Shown: positions 28,101-39,920 of the stretch, one piece after another
Layout: each line of letters opens with the position of its first letter
Position numbering within the stretch: position 1 is the first letter of the stretch
Assembly: GCA_010909165.1 (NCBI GenBank)
Contig: MU008166.1
Coordinates: 1,178,001-1,242,000, forward strand
DNA from: Anthoceros angustus
Taxonomy: Eukaryota; Plantae; Anthocerotophyta
DNA: 64,000 bases
Direction of reading: 5' to 3'
Translations under genes and position numbers: made by a program
The notes under the pieces: model-generated
What the model saw: only the letters and a program-made list of their open reading frames with translations
Told to the model about the DNA's origin: nothing
Database searches by the model: none

Positions 28101-31081
28101 TGTCAAAAATATATTCAACCGTGGTGGTTGCTCTCAATATCCTAGGAAAATCAATTGTTAGGAGTTCTCGAGGTGGAACCGTTGCAAGGATGGGCAATTT
28201 TACCGACCACTTATTGTTTGATAGGTGTTCCTGAAGCGGAACATAGCGAGGATGAGCAACTTAACAAACCACTTATTGTTAGGCGTTCCTGAGGTGCAAC
28301 ATTGCGAAGCGGCGCAACTCAACCAACCACTTAGATGATGGCTCCTTTACCTATGACCTTGAATACTAGATACTATATATGGATATTGATATTTCCTTTC
28401 TAGCATCTTCAAATTGTTTTCTTGTGATAGGTACTATAAATGGATATTTGATATTTCCTTTATGGCCACGGAACTAGATGTAGAAATGTCTCCTTTTGAT
28501 GAGGTTTGAAGCCCATGGACAGCCCTTAGTAAAGCGGTTTTGGGAGGCCATCATGAGCTTCAATGTAAAAGGTTTATGGTAACCAAGGTCGGGCTTAAGT
28601 TGACATAAGTTTAGCATGCAACTCATAAGATTAATAAGGTTAAAACTATCACCATTTTACCACGATTAGGCTGAAGTGTTAGGCATAAGATTACTTAGTT
28701 CACGTCGTAGTTTATCGAGGAACGAAACTACGACTTTGTCTCGATCACGTTTGCTAATTTTTCCTACATCAAATTACATTTACTGCATTTCATGTAGTTT
28801 AGTTCTGGGTCACGTTTGCTAACTTTTTCCCACATCAAATTCTGTTTGTATAGCATTTCATGTAGTTTGTTCTCCAATTGACATGTTGTACCTCGAGAAG
28901 GCAACGTGAGGAGACTTAATTATTAAGTTGCAACCATGCCATTTTTATACTAAGATGGACCAATCCAAGCGTGAAGAAATTCAAAGATATCACAAAAGAA
29001 AATATGAAATATATTGTCTCTACCACAAGAAAACAACTTGAACGTGCCATAAAGGAAATATCAAATATCTATTTATAGTATCTATCACAAGAAAACAATT
29101 TGAAGATGCTAGAAAGGAAATATCAAATATCCATGTATACTATCTAGTACAAGAAAACAAAGCTAACTTGGCCTGCTATATCTAGGATGTATTTAAGGTC
29201 AAATAAAAAGGATCCATCATCTAAGTGGTTGATTGAGTTGTGGTTGATTGAGTTGCCCAGTTTCGCAACCTAACAATAAGTGGTTGGTTCAGTTGCTCAT
29301 CCTCGCTACGTTCCGCCTCATGATCACCTATTAAACAATAAGCACATGGTTGGTTAAGTTGCTCATCCTCGCAAGGTTTCACCTCAGGAACACCTAACAA
29401 TTGACTTGCCTAGGATATTGAGAGCAACTACCACGGTTGAATATATTTAAGAGAAATAACCTATATATACATATTTTTTATACAATACAGAGCATCATCA
29501 TTCAAGCAATAATGAATTCCTCGCTACCAAGCAATAATTCTCCTCGAAGTCAGATGACTTGATCAAGCTCAATAAAAGAATATAGATGATGTCAAAATAT
29601 ATTCAACCGTGGTGGTTGCTCTCAATATCCTAGGAAAATCAATTGTTAGGAGTTCTCGAGGTGGGCGTTGCAAGGATGAGCAACTTAACAAACCACTTAT
29701 TGTTTGATAGGTGTTCCTGTAGCGGAACATAGCGAGGATGAGCAACTTAACAAACCACTTATTGTTAGGCGTTCCTGAGGTGCAACATTGCGAAGCGGCG
29801 CAACTCAACCAACCACTTAGATGATGGCTCCTTTACCTATGACCTTGAATACTAGATACTATATATGGATATTGATATTTCCTTTCTAGCATCTTCAAAT
29901 TGTTTTCTTGTGATAGGTACTATAAATGGATATTTGATATTTCCTTTATGGCCACGGAACTAGATGTAGAAATGTCTCCTTTTGATGAGGGTTTGAAGCC
30001 CATGGACAGCCCTTAGTAAGAAGCAGTTTTGGGAGGCCATCATGAGCTTCAATGTAAAAGGTTTATGGTAACCAAGGTCGGGCTTAAGTTGACATAAGTT
30101 TAGCATGCAACTCATAAGATTAATAAGGTTAAAACTATCACCATTTTACCACAGTTAGGCTGAAGTGTTAGGCATAAGATTACTTAGTTCACGTCGTAGT
30201 TTATCGAGGAACGAAACTACGACTTTGTCTCGGTCACGTTTGCTAATTTTTTCCTACATCAAATTCTGTTCGTACAGCATTTCATGTAGTTTAGTTCTGG
30301 GTCACGTTTGCTAACTTTTTCCCACATCAAATTCTGTTTGTATAGCATTTCATGTAGTTTGTTCTCCAATTGACATGTTGTACCTCGAGAAGGCAACGTG
30401 AGGAGACTTAATTATTAAGTTGCGCAACCATGCCATTTTTATACTAAGATGGACCAATCCAAGCAGCGCGAAAGAAATTCAAAGATATCACAAAAGAAAA
30501 TATGAAATATATTGTCTCTACCACAAGAAAACAACTTGAACGTGCCATAAAGGAAATATCAAATATCTATTTATAGTATCTATCACAAGAAAACAATTTG
30601 AAGATGCTAGAAAGGAAATATCAAATATCCATGTATACTATCTAGTACAAGAAAACAAAGCTAACAGCTGCTATATCTAGGATGTATTTAAGGTCAAATA
30701 AAAGGATCCATCATCTAAGTGGTTGATTGAGTTGTGGTTGATTGAGTTGCCCAGTTTCGCAACCTAACAATAAGTGGTTGGTTCAGTTGCTCATCCTCGC
30801 TTCGTTCGCCTCATGATCACCTATTAAACAATAAGCACATGGTTGGTTGTTGCTCATCCTCGCAAGGTTTCACCTCAGGAACACCTAACAATTGACTTGC
30901 CTAGGATATTGAGAGCAACTACCACGGTTGAATATATTTAAGAGAAATAACCTATATATACATATTTTTTATACAATACAGAGCATCATCATTCAAGCAA
31001 TAATGAATTCCTCGCTACCAAGCAATAATTCTCCTCGAAGTCAGATGACTTGATCAAGCTCAATAAAAAGAATATAGATGA
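28101..31081. repeat. Tandem duplication of ~1.5 kb (28101-29589 / 29590-31081); each unit has repeat-B arms in inverted orientation
   Basis: For example 28381-28465 is the reverse complement of 29045-29132. Junction gaatatagatga|tgtcaaaatatattc. Confidence 0.88.
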
Positions 31082-31469
31082 GTCTTTCCATTCAATCGAA
31101 GGTAACTTTGCCTATCGACACCACAGAAAAATATAATCTCCGAACAGATTCGCGCATTCGCCAACCCATGGCAAGCGTTGTGTCATCCTGTTCTGTACTG
31201 CCGATTTGGACACATATTTGCAACGATGTCTTTAACTCATGCCTCGTTTTCGTCTCTGCATAAAACGCTGCAACAAGTCCTCAGCAACCCTGTTGTCTCG
31301 TCTGCAGGGACAAAGAAGTATGACGAAGGCATCCTCACAAGGACGTCAGACATTGATCCTTGTTCACCAAGCCAGCGAACGGACTCATCACTCCTCTCCA
31401 ACATCTCACCAGCAGACCCTAGGGCTGGTCTGAAGCTCCCGACCCTGAGGTGAGCTGATCCCCGATCCC

Positions 31470-32735
31470 ATGGCTTCATCCACCCCGCTCTCAGCCAAAC
31501 GCGAGAAGAAGGAGCTTCCTGACCCTATGGAAGCCATGGCCAGCATCCAGCGCACATTCGGTGAGCACGGCGGAGTGAACGTGTCGGTGGTATCCTCCGC
31601 ATCCTTCCGATCCCTGGATCCCGACACAATCCGCAAGACAGCTGCCGGCGAGCTCCAGCCTCAGGACGGATACTACATCTACAGCCGAGCCTACAACCCG
31701 ACTGTTCTCCAACTGAGCCGGCACATCGCAGCTCTGGAAGGCACGGAGGCCGCGTACTGCACAGCAAGCGGGATGGCTGCAGTGTCAGGCGTCCTCCTCC
31801 AGCTCTGCAGCAGCGGAGACCACATCGTAGCATCCAGCCGGCTGTACGGGGGAACGCACGCTCTCCTGGACAAGTTCCTTCCCCGGATCGGGAACATTAC
31901 CACCTCCTTCATCGACATCCTGGACCACGACGAGGTGCGCGCAGCCATCACATCCTCCACCAAGGTCCTCTACTTCGAATCCATGTCAAACCCTACCTGC
32001 ACCGTGGCAGACATCCCTCTCCTGTCCGCCATAGCTCACAACCACAACCTCACAGTGGTGGTAGACAACACGTTCGCCCCGGCAATTCTCTCCCCGGCGC
32101 GGCTGGGAGCGGACGTGGTGATCCACAGCCTCACCAAGTTCATGAGCGGCAGCGCGGACGTGATAGCAGGAGCGGTGTGCGGGCCCGGGGAGCTCATCCG
32201 GGCCCTGATGAGCTTGAAGGATGCGGGATCTTTCACGACGCTGGGCCCGACCATAGACCCGACTGTGGCATCCAAGATCTTGCTCCGGCTGCCGCATCTC
32301 GGGCTGCGGATGCAAGAACAATCCCGCCGGGCTCTGGAATTCGCCACCAGGTTGCAGGCACAAGGTGCCAGGGTGACCTATCCCGGGCTGGAGCAGCACC
32401 CGCAGCACCATCTCCTCAAGCAGCTCATGAATCCTGGCTACGGGTATGGTGGGGTTTTGGGTGTGGATATGGGGACTGCCAAAACCGCTGATGACTTCAT
32501 GCGGTCCCTCCACAAGCATTCCGGCTGCGCGGTGATGGCCACCAGCTTTGGCTACCATGACACCCTTGTGTGCCGGCCTGCTGCCACCAGTAGCAGCGAC
32601 TTGGGCCAGAAGCTGCTAGAAACGGTAGGCATCTCTGCAGGCTATGTGCGTGTCTCTGTTGGCTTCACGGGATCCTTGGAGCAAAGATGGAACCAGTTTG
32701 AGGAGGCCATTCGCGCTCTCAAGCTCACGTCCTAG
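31470..32735 (+). CDS. MGL: Methionine gamma-lyase (Cys/Met metabolism PLP enzyme), intronless, 421 aa
   Basis: Plant-MGL motifs FGEHGGVN, YSRxxNPT, ALEGTEAAYCTASGM, LYGGTH, VDNTF, HSLTK (PLP lysine), YPGLxxHPQH and VRVSVG. Confidence 0.93.
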   Translation: MASSTPLSAKREKKELPDPMEAMASIQRTFGEHGGVNVSVVSSASFRSLDPDTIRKTAAGELQPQDGYYIYSRAYNPTVLQLSRHIAALEGTEAAYCTASGMAAVSGVLLQLCSSGDHIVASSRLYGGTHALLDKFLPRIGNITTSFIDILDHDEVRAAITSSTKVLYFESMSNPTCTVADIPLLSAIAHNHNLTVVVDNTFAPAILSPARLGADVVIHSLTKFMSGSADVIAGAVCGPGELIRALMSLKDAGSFTTLGPTIDPTVASKILLRLPHLGLRMQEQSRRALEFATRLQAQGARVTYPGLEQHPQHHLLKQLMNPGYGYGGVLGVDMGTAKTADDFMRSLHKHSGCAVMATSFGYHDTLVCRPAATSSSDLGQKLLETVGISAGYVRVSVGFTGSLEQRWNQFEEAIRALKLTS

Positions 32736-33191
32736 TGTCGTCCTTGTCGGCCTTACCCATCACCGATGTACATAATGCACTACATGCATGATACATGATG
32801 TATAAGATGCTCAACTTACTCTTTTCGCATTACCGTCCTAATTCCGTTTCTTTGATATGCCGCTAGTTGAGACCCCAGCCAGCAGAACCGGTCTGCATTG
32901 CGCGAACAAACGGAAGGTCGGATGCTTGTTGTCAGACTCATACGAGAAGAGGTAGCGAACAGTGGCCGGCAGGTGATCGGATTCGGACACCCCGGGCCGC
33001 TGAAGTAGTGACGAGGTTAGATCTGACCGTCGGGTTGCGAACATGCGACTGAGCTACCACATGACCTGTTTGGCGCGCAATCCAACCCTGATCCTTTCAA
33101 GACGAAAGCCGGCGCCAAGCTCATAACACGCTGTTTCGGGATGGCGCTTTACGCAACTCCGGCAGACAGGTTCCAAGTTCCATGTTCTTCG

Positions 33192-36100
33192 CCGATGGCG
33201 AGCATTCAAGACGAAGGCTGGAGCTACCCGAAATCACGGGGAGATGGTTGTTACTACCTTTTTCGATCAAGAGCGATGCAGCGGATGTAGACCACAGCCA
33301 GAAACGAGAGTAGAGTGTATGTGTGCCAGCAGGCAGCTTTAGGTTTCCACCAACACGTGCTGGACAAGCTCTTCCACCAGCTGCCTCCTGCAATGGCCTT
33401 CCATGGATTGAACTTGGAAGGTCGATGGTGAAGCTATATTACCCTGTTATTTTCTTGCTTGCGGAACACAGGGCAACATCAGCAATTCTGTCAGCATATT
33501 TTGTGCGGCCCTCGGCCAGCCACGCCACAGTTCACAGTGAAAAAGGCAGCGAAGCCCTGGCGATTTGTACTGTACGCATATGCAGTCCCTTTGTCCGTAG
33601 CTTTTGCCGGTTGTAGCTTTTGCTGCTTTGCGTGCGCTGTCCAGGCGGAGGAGTAGGACGAGAGATTTTGTATGTATGAAGCGTTTGAAAGAACGAAAAG
33701 TATTGGTCGAGTCGAAATGCGAAACCTTTTAGCTGCCCTATCCTGCCCAACAGGTCACGGGAAGTTCGCGGCAGCGAATCAGCCTTGTTGTAGAGCTATC
33801 GGCGCCCCGGCAACAGGGTATGCATGCAGCCAAGTGCGAAATACGCTGGCCTGCAACAGCATCTGGGACCCGGTTGCATGTGACAAAGGAGGTCACTGCA
33901 GAGCGCGCTGAATGCCTTGTTCTGTCCCCGCATGCGACCCCACACCCCTGCTGGTGCAGTGCCGCTGCATGCCTCCCTGCCTCCTCGTGTGACGCTAAGG
34001 CACGACATTGCCACACGCAGCATTGCCCTATGCGCTGCGCCCCTCTTCCACGATGTCTCCACCCCTCGAAGAGAGGCTCTCTCAAGAACAGCCAAGCCAT
34101 CCTCCACAATCTCCCAGAAATACTTACCATTCACTGCCCTGCCCACTGCCAACCCCAGCCAACTCGTGTACTGCCCTGCCCACTGCCAACCCCAGCCAAC
34201 TCGTGTCCGACTCCCGACGCTCCTGCTTCCCGGCCCCGATGCCCCCGTTGCAGCATCGAATCCCCTGCCTCGTCATATTCCTCGCCCAGACCCAAACCCT
34301 AAGCTACTCCCTCGCCTTATCCCACTGGCATTGAGCTGTGCATATCCCACTTCAGGCACTTGTCAGTTGTTCCCTCCCCAACTGTCCTGAGGATGCCCTC
34401 GAAATCGCAAACGCCTACAGTACATCTCATGAAACTCTCTGTGCCGCGCCGGCATCTGCAGGAAAGCAGTGATCAGGACAAGGCATTGCCTGCCCAGGAA
34501 GTCCCTCGACGGGCACCGACCACGCCTTGCATGTGTCTGGATCATGGCATCCACAACCCACTTTGCCTCGCACCTAAATTAAACAGGAATCCCGCATCTG
34601 ATCCCAAGCGCGCATGCCGGGCCCCGGCCGCGGCCCCTGCGCCCCCACCTTTTCAGGACAGTCCCACTCGGCGCCGACGCTTCTCATCCGATCTCCTAGG
34701 GCTACGTCACCGTCCCCGGCGGAATCCAAACCTCCATGACACGTGAGGCCATGGCCTTTCTTCTCCTTTCCTTCCGCTTGCTTCAACAGAATTCTTCGTC
34801 TGCGTACACTAACTGCTGCCCGCAAGTACATACATCCAGTCCCCAAGTCTGTTGTGCTTCACCTACCGTCCATTTCCATCCCGCATTTCGATGACAAAGC
34901 AGAGCATGCACCAGACCCTGTAAAAACTACAAGCCCACCACACTAACTAACTCCAAGAGTGTCAAGTTTGGATTGGAAGAACTAACCCATCAGAGATAGG
35001 GTGAAGTTCGGGAGATGCAAAGTCATTTCTTCATCATTGCTGTGCTCTTCTATCAATCATGCTCTTCTATGTTATTAGGTGTACACATGTTATTCACGCC
35101 ATTGAGAAGAAGAAAACGAGAATAGAGATAAGAATTATGATTGTGATTCAGGTAATTATCAAAAATAAAAATATCTCCAATAAATGAGATTCTTCTACCT
35201 TATGATATTATAATAAATACAATCAGAATAAATTGATTTTATCAAAAATAATTCGAAATAACTTACATCCTCAGTGGTGTGTGAAACTTGCAAACTATGT
35301 CCGATGGCGAGCATTCAAGACGAAGGCTGGAGCTACCTGAAATCACGGGGAGATGGTTGTTACTACCTTTTTCGATCAAAGGCGATGCAGCGGATGTAGA
35401 CACAGCCAGAAACGAGAGTAGAGTGTATGTGTGCCAGCAGGCAGCTTTAGGTTTCCACCAACACGTGCTGGACAAGCTCTTCCACCAGCTGCCTCCTGCA
35501 ATGGCCTTCCATGGATTGAACTTGGAAGGTCGATGGTGAAAACTATATTACCCTGTTATTTTCTTGCTTGCGGAACACAGGGCAACATCAGCAATTCTGT
35601 CAGCATATTTTGTGCGGCCTCGGCCAGCCACGCCACAGTTCACAGTGAAAAAGGCAGCGAAGCCCTGGCGATTTGTACTGTACGCATATGCAGTCCCTTT
35701 GTCCGTAGCTTTTGCCGGTTGTAGCTTTTGCTGCTTTGCGTGCGCTGTCCAGGCGGAGGAGTAGGACGAGAGATTTTGTATGTATGAAGCGTTTGAAAGA
35801 ACGAAAGTATTGGTCAGTCGAAATGCGAAACCTTTTAGCTGCCCTATCCTGCCCAACAGGTCACGGGAAGTTCGCGGCAGCGAATCAGCCTTGTTGTAGA
35901 GCTATCGGCGCCCCGGCAACAGGGTATGCATGCAGCCAAGTGCGAAATACGCTGGCCTGCAACAGCATCTGGGACGGTTGCATGTGACAAAGGAGGTCAC
36001 TGCAGAGCGCGCTGAATGCCTTGTTCTGTCCCCGCATGCGACCCACACCCCTGCTGGTGCAGTGCCGCTGCATGCCTCCCTGCCTCCTCGTGTGACGCTA

Positions 36101-37390
36101 AGGCACGACATTGCCACACGCAGCATTGCCCTATGCGCTGCGCCCTCTTCCACGATGTCTCCACCCCTCGAGAGGCTCTCTCAAGAACAGCCAAGCCATC
36201 CTCCACAATCTCCCAGAAATACTTACCATTCACTGCCCTGCCCACTGCCAACCCCAGCCAACTCGTGTACTGCCCTGCCCACTGCCAACCCCAGCCAACT
36301 CGTGTCCGACTCCCGACGCTCCTGCTTCCCGGCCCCGATGCCCCGTTGCAGCATCGAATCCCCTGCCTCGTCATATTCCTCGCCCAGACCCAAACCCTAA
36401 GCTACTCCCTCGCCTTATCCCACTGGCATTGAGCTGTGCATATCCCACTTCAGGCACTTGTCAGTTGTTCCCTCCCCAACTGTCCTGAGGATGCCCTCGA
36501 AATCGCAAACGCCTACAGTACATCTCATGAAACTCTCTGTGCCGCGCCGGCATCTGCAGGAAAGCAGTGATCAGGACAAGGCATTGCCTGCCCAGGAAGT
36601 CCTCGACGGGCACCGACCACGCCTTGCATGTGTCTGGATCATGGCATCCACAACCCACTTTGCCTCGCACCTAAATTAAACAGGAATCCCGCATCTGATC
36701 CCAAGCGCGCATGCCGGGCCCCGGCCGCGGCCCCTGCGCCCCCACCTTTTCAGGACAGTCCCACTCGGCGCCGACGCTTCTCATCCGATCTCCTAGGGCT
36801 ACGTCACCGTCCCCGGCGGAATCAAACCTCCATGACACGTGAGGCCATGGCCTTCTTCTCCTTTCCTTCCGCTTGCTTCAACAGAATTCTTCGTCTGCGT
36901 ACACTAACTGCTGCCCGCAAGTACATACATCCAGTCCCCAAGTCTGTTGTGCTTCACCTACCGTCCATTTCCATCCCGCATTTCGATGACAAAGCAGAGC
37001 ATGCACCAGACCCTGTAAAACTACAAGCCCACCACACTAACTAACTCCAAGAGTGTCAAGTTTGGATTGAAGAACTAACCCATCAGAGATAGGTGAAGTT
37101 CGGGAGATGCAAAGTCATTTCTTCATCATTGCTGTGCTCTTCTATCAATCATGCTCTTCTATGTTATTAGGTGTACACATGTTATTCACGCCATTGAGAA
37201 GAAGAAAACGAGAATAGAGATAAGAATTATGATTGTGATTCAGGTAATTATCAAAAATAAAAATATCTCCAATAAATGAGATTCTTCTACCTTATGATAT
37301 TATAATAAATACAATCAGAATAAATTGATTTTATCAAAAAATAATTCGAAATAACTTACATCCTCAGCGGTGTGTGAAACTTGCAAAACT
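33192..37390. repeat. Tandem duplication of ~2.1 kb (33192-35300 / 35301-37390) of unidentified Pro/Cys-rich plus AT-rich sequence, possibly an artefact
   Basis: Both copies start ccgatggcgagcattcaag and end gtgtgaaacttgcaaa; differences are mostly single-base indels. Each has an internal ~37-bp repeat actgccctgcccactgccaaccccagccaactcgtgt x2. Confidence 0.9.
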
Positions 37391-37436
37391 GGCAACTATG
37401 TGATCAACTTAATACCGATATGACGCATTTAGACAG

Positions 37437-37461
37437 GATTCCATTCCATTCCATTCCATCC
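37437..37461. repeat. (ATTCC)n microsatellite
   Basis: Direct reading. Confidence 0.9.
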
Positions 37462-38882
37462 AGGTGACTAGCATTCTTGTGGACATTGGGTTCCCAATGC
37501 AGAATGTGCAATGTGCTGTTTTGACTTGTGATGCTGAAGACACTGGAATCTTTTCAAGAGTGCTGGTTTGGGAGGAGTTTGCGGATCGTTTTGGGAGGAA
37601 GGTTTGTGGAAAGAGGAAGTTAACTGTACGAGATATTATGGACAGGCAGTTGGGACCATTAAGATAATGATTGTGGGCCAAGGCAAAAAGGTATGGGGCG
37701 AAAAAGGGGCGGAACTTAAGCTCCATCCTGTCATCCCCATCCTGTTTTAACAGTGTGCCTGACCTGTTGTGTGTGCGAGGGCGCGACGCCACTGCCGTGC
37801 TCGCTTGCTGCGCATAAATGGTCGTGCATGCTTCCGGAATCTCCGTCTTCCTGCCCAGCATTTGTGCAGCCAGTATATACTTTCTGCCCGCCTCCGTATG
37901 CGAATGCAGCTCGCCGCGCCAGTTTCCTCAGGCTCGGTGCGGCCAGCGCTTCCGGGAGCAGCGAGGAGCAGTGAACAGTGAGCGGTGGGCTCTGACACAG
38001 ATCGCTTTTTTTCCGCCGAGCTCTGCGTTTCTGTGGAGGAGGCGGCGCAGGTGTGGTGCGGTTTGTTCGTTCCGTGAGTTAGATCTTCGTTGCGGTGTGG
38101 AGTTTGAGTTGTAGGTTGCGGCGGGGCGTAGTGTCTGGTGTAGCGGATCTGAGCTTGGAGAGTGGAGGCTCACACCGGGTTTCTGTGTAGAGGCTCAGAG
38201 TGGGTTTTCGTTGCGATGTTCGTGGTTCTGGATCGGGTTTGGGTTTCGGATTCGTTTTCCTTGTGGGTGCGGGGGAAGGGTGTGGATTTTGGGACACCTT
38301 GTGCGCATGTTGTAGCCGGGATTTGGCGTTGGTTGCTGCGTGGAGTGTCTAGTTATTGTGTGAAGCCGAGGAATGGCTGTCCGGCTTGTTGTGTCTGGTT
38401 CCGAGTGAGTGTTAGCCTGGTTGCGCGGTGGGAGGGCGATTGCTGTTGTTTCGGCTGCCGCTCCCTGTCGTCAGACCGTTCTGCGTTGGCCCTGCCAGCT
38501 CTGACTGGTGTGCTGCTTCTGGTTTTGCAGGTTCTCGATGGATTGCCGCGTCCCAGCTTGTTACTGAGGGGTGACCGATTTCTCGGATTATTTCTATCGG
38601 TGAGCGATTTCCCTCAAAGTATTTCTTTCAAGTCCTGTATCTGCTCGGCTCTCCACTCCAGTTGTTTTGTCCTTCGCTTGCGTCTTCCGCCGGGCTTCCA
38701 AAAGTCTTGGAAGGGTTTGAGGAGTTTGTGTGTTGGTTCGAGGTTGGTTAGACTAAAGGATTATGGCGTTTATGGTGACATGTGCTGAACAGGTTCCTCC
38801 AGCGTTTGGGATTGTTCCTGGAGTGGCATCTGCGTTGAGGAGCTGTCTCGCAAGGACCTGGGAGATCGCCAAGTCCTTTACG

Positions 38883-39221
38883 ATGAGCTTGACTTGCCTG
38901 ACCTGCCATGCGGTTGACAGTTCTCCGGATCTGTCACGGAGCTTTTCTGTTTCCTCTGATGATGGCGGAAGATGTGGGACGGTAATGGGCTGTTGGTCAA
39001 GGAAGGTGCCTCACACTGCAGCTGCTTCAACTACCGAGGCCGGGACTTCTGTCGGGTCTAAGGTTGCTCCAGCACCCACTGTTGGCCAAGCCCTCTGTCC
39101 TCGACTCACCAGGTGTTGTGCAGTCCGCAGAGATATCTTCAACAACTGGGTGGTGAACGAAGTGGAGACAGAAGAAGGAAGAAGACTTTGCCTCAACCTT
39201 GTGGTTGCAGGCCGGGGTTAG
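38883..39221 (+). CDS. Small conserved land-plant protein of unknown function (112 aa; MSLxCLxC...PRLxR..AVRRD family)
   Basis: MSLTCLTCH..SRSFSVSSDD.GRC..SKVAP..PRLTRCCAVRRD..W matches a recognisable plant small-protein pattern. The upstream leader looks like an intron-containing 5' UTR (acceptors ttttgcag at 38530, gaacag at 38792). Confidence 0.72.
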   Translation: MSLTCLTCHAVDSSPDLSRSFSVSSDDGGRCGTVMGCWSRKVPHTAAASTTEAGTSVGSKVAPAPTVGQALCPRLTRCCAVRRDIFNNWVVNEVETEEGRRLCLNLVVAGRG

Positions 39222-39920
39222 GACTCCTTTATCTTTGTTTGTAGATAGATGGTACTGGCCTGTGACTAGTGCGGTGAATTGGACTACCGGCCCTCAGACT
39301 TAAGCAGCAGAGAGTGCTCAGGCTTCAATTGCACCGCTTCAGGTGGACCGATTGTACAATATTGTGACACAGGTGGAGTAGACTAATAGGAATTACCAAC
39401 TAATTTCCATGCTCTTAAGGAACGCTGGGTCCATCAATAGCGTCATCAGATTTTTTCTCCGTCCAGTAGATGCTAATTGTAAGATTCTGGTATATGTGAA
39501 CTGCAGAGTCTGCTTGATGCAGCTTATGTTGATATGCTGTGGTGTGACCTCCTTTGCTAGCTCATGGAGTAGGTGAGAAAATAAATCTGCACCCGAATCG
39601 TGACCTTAGCATGAAACGAAGTGTGACGGTCTTCTAGAGGGAAGGATAAAATGTGAACAGGATGCCGTACTGTTCAGTTCCCACCAAAACCGGTTGACGC
39701 AAGTCAGCCGGTGGTTTTGCTGTTCTCTGCGGAGACTGGTCATATTCAAATGTGGAATCCGTTCCCGCTACCGGGTCCTTCACGGCGCTCGCTGCCCAAC
39801 AGTATTTTGGCGTTCACTTGCTGCCCAACTTGACCGCCTGTGCCACCGCGATCTGTTTGAGTTGGATATCCGAGCCCAAGATTCCACTCTCATCTGAATC
39901 TGCCGGATGATAATTTTGTA

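Noticed and set aside
31491-32558. Antisense and alternate-frame ORFs over MGL (and likewise over PPR, Gag and the methyltransferase)
   Set aside because: Shadow ORFs of GC-rich coding sequence.
33738-37044. Many overlapping Pro/Cys-rich ORFs
   Set aside because: Low-complexity GC-rich DNA; frames are not preserved between the two copies and no domain was recognised.
37464-37750. RPA/OB-fold-like fragment (DAEDTGIFSRVLVWEEFA)
   Set aside because: Too short and broken; the resemblance is only impressionistic.
38538-38567. 9-codon uORF (MDCRVPACY) in the leader of the small protein gene
   Set aside because: This length is expected by chance, and there is no conservation evidence.
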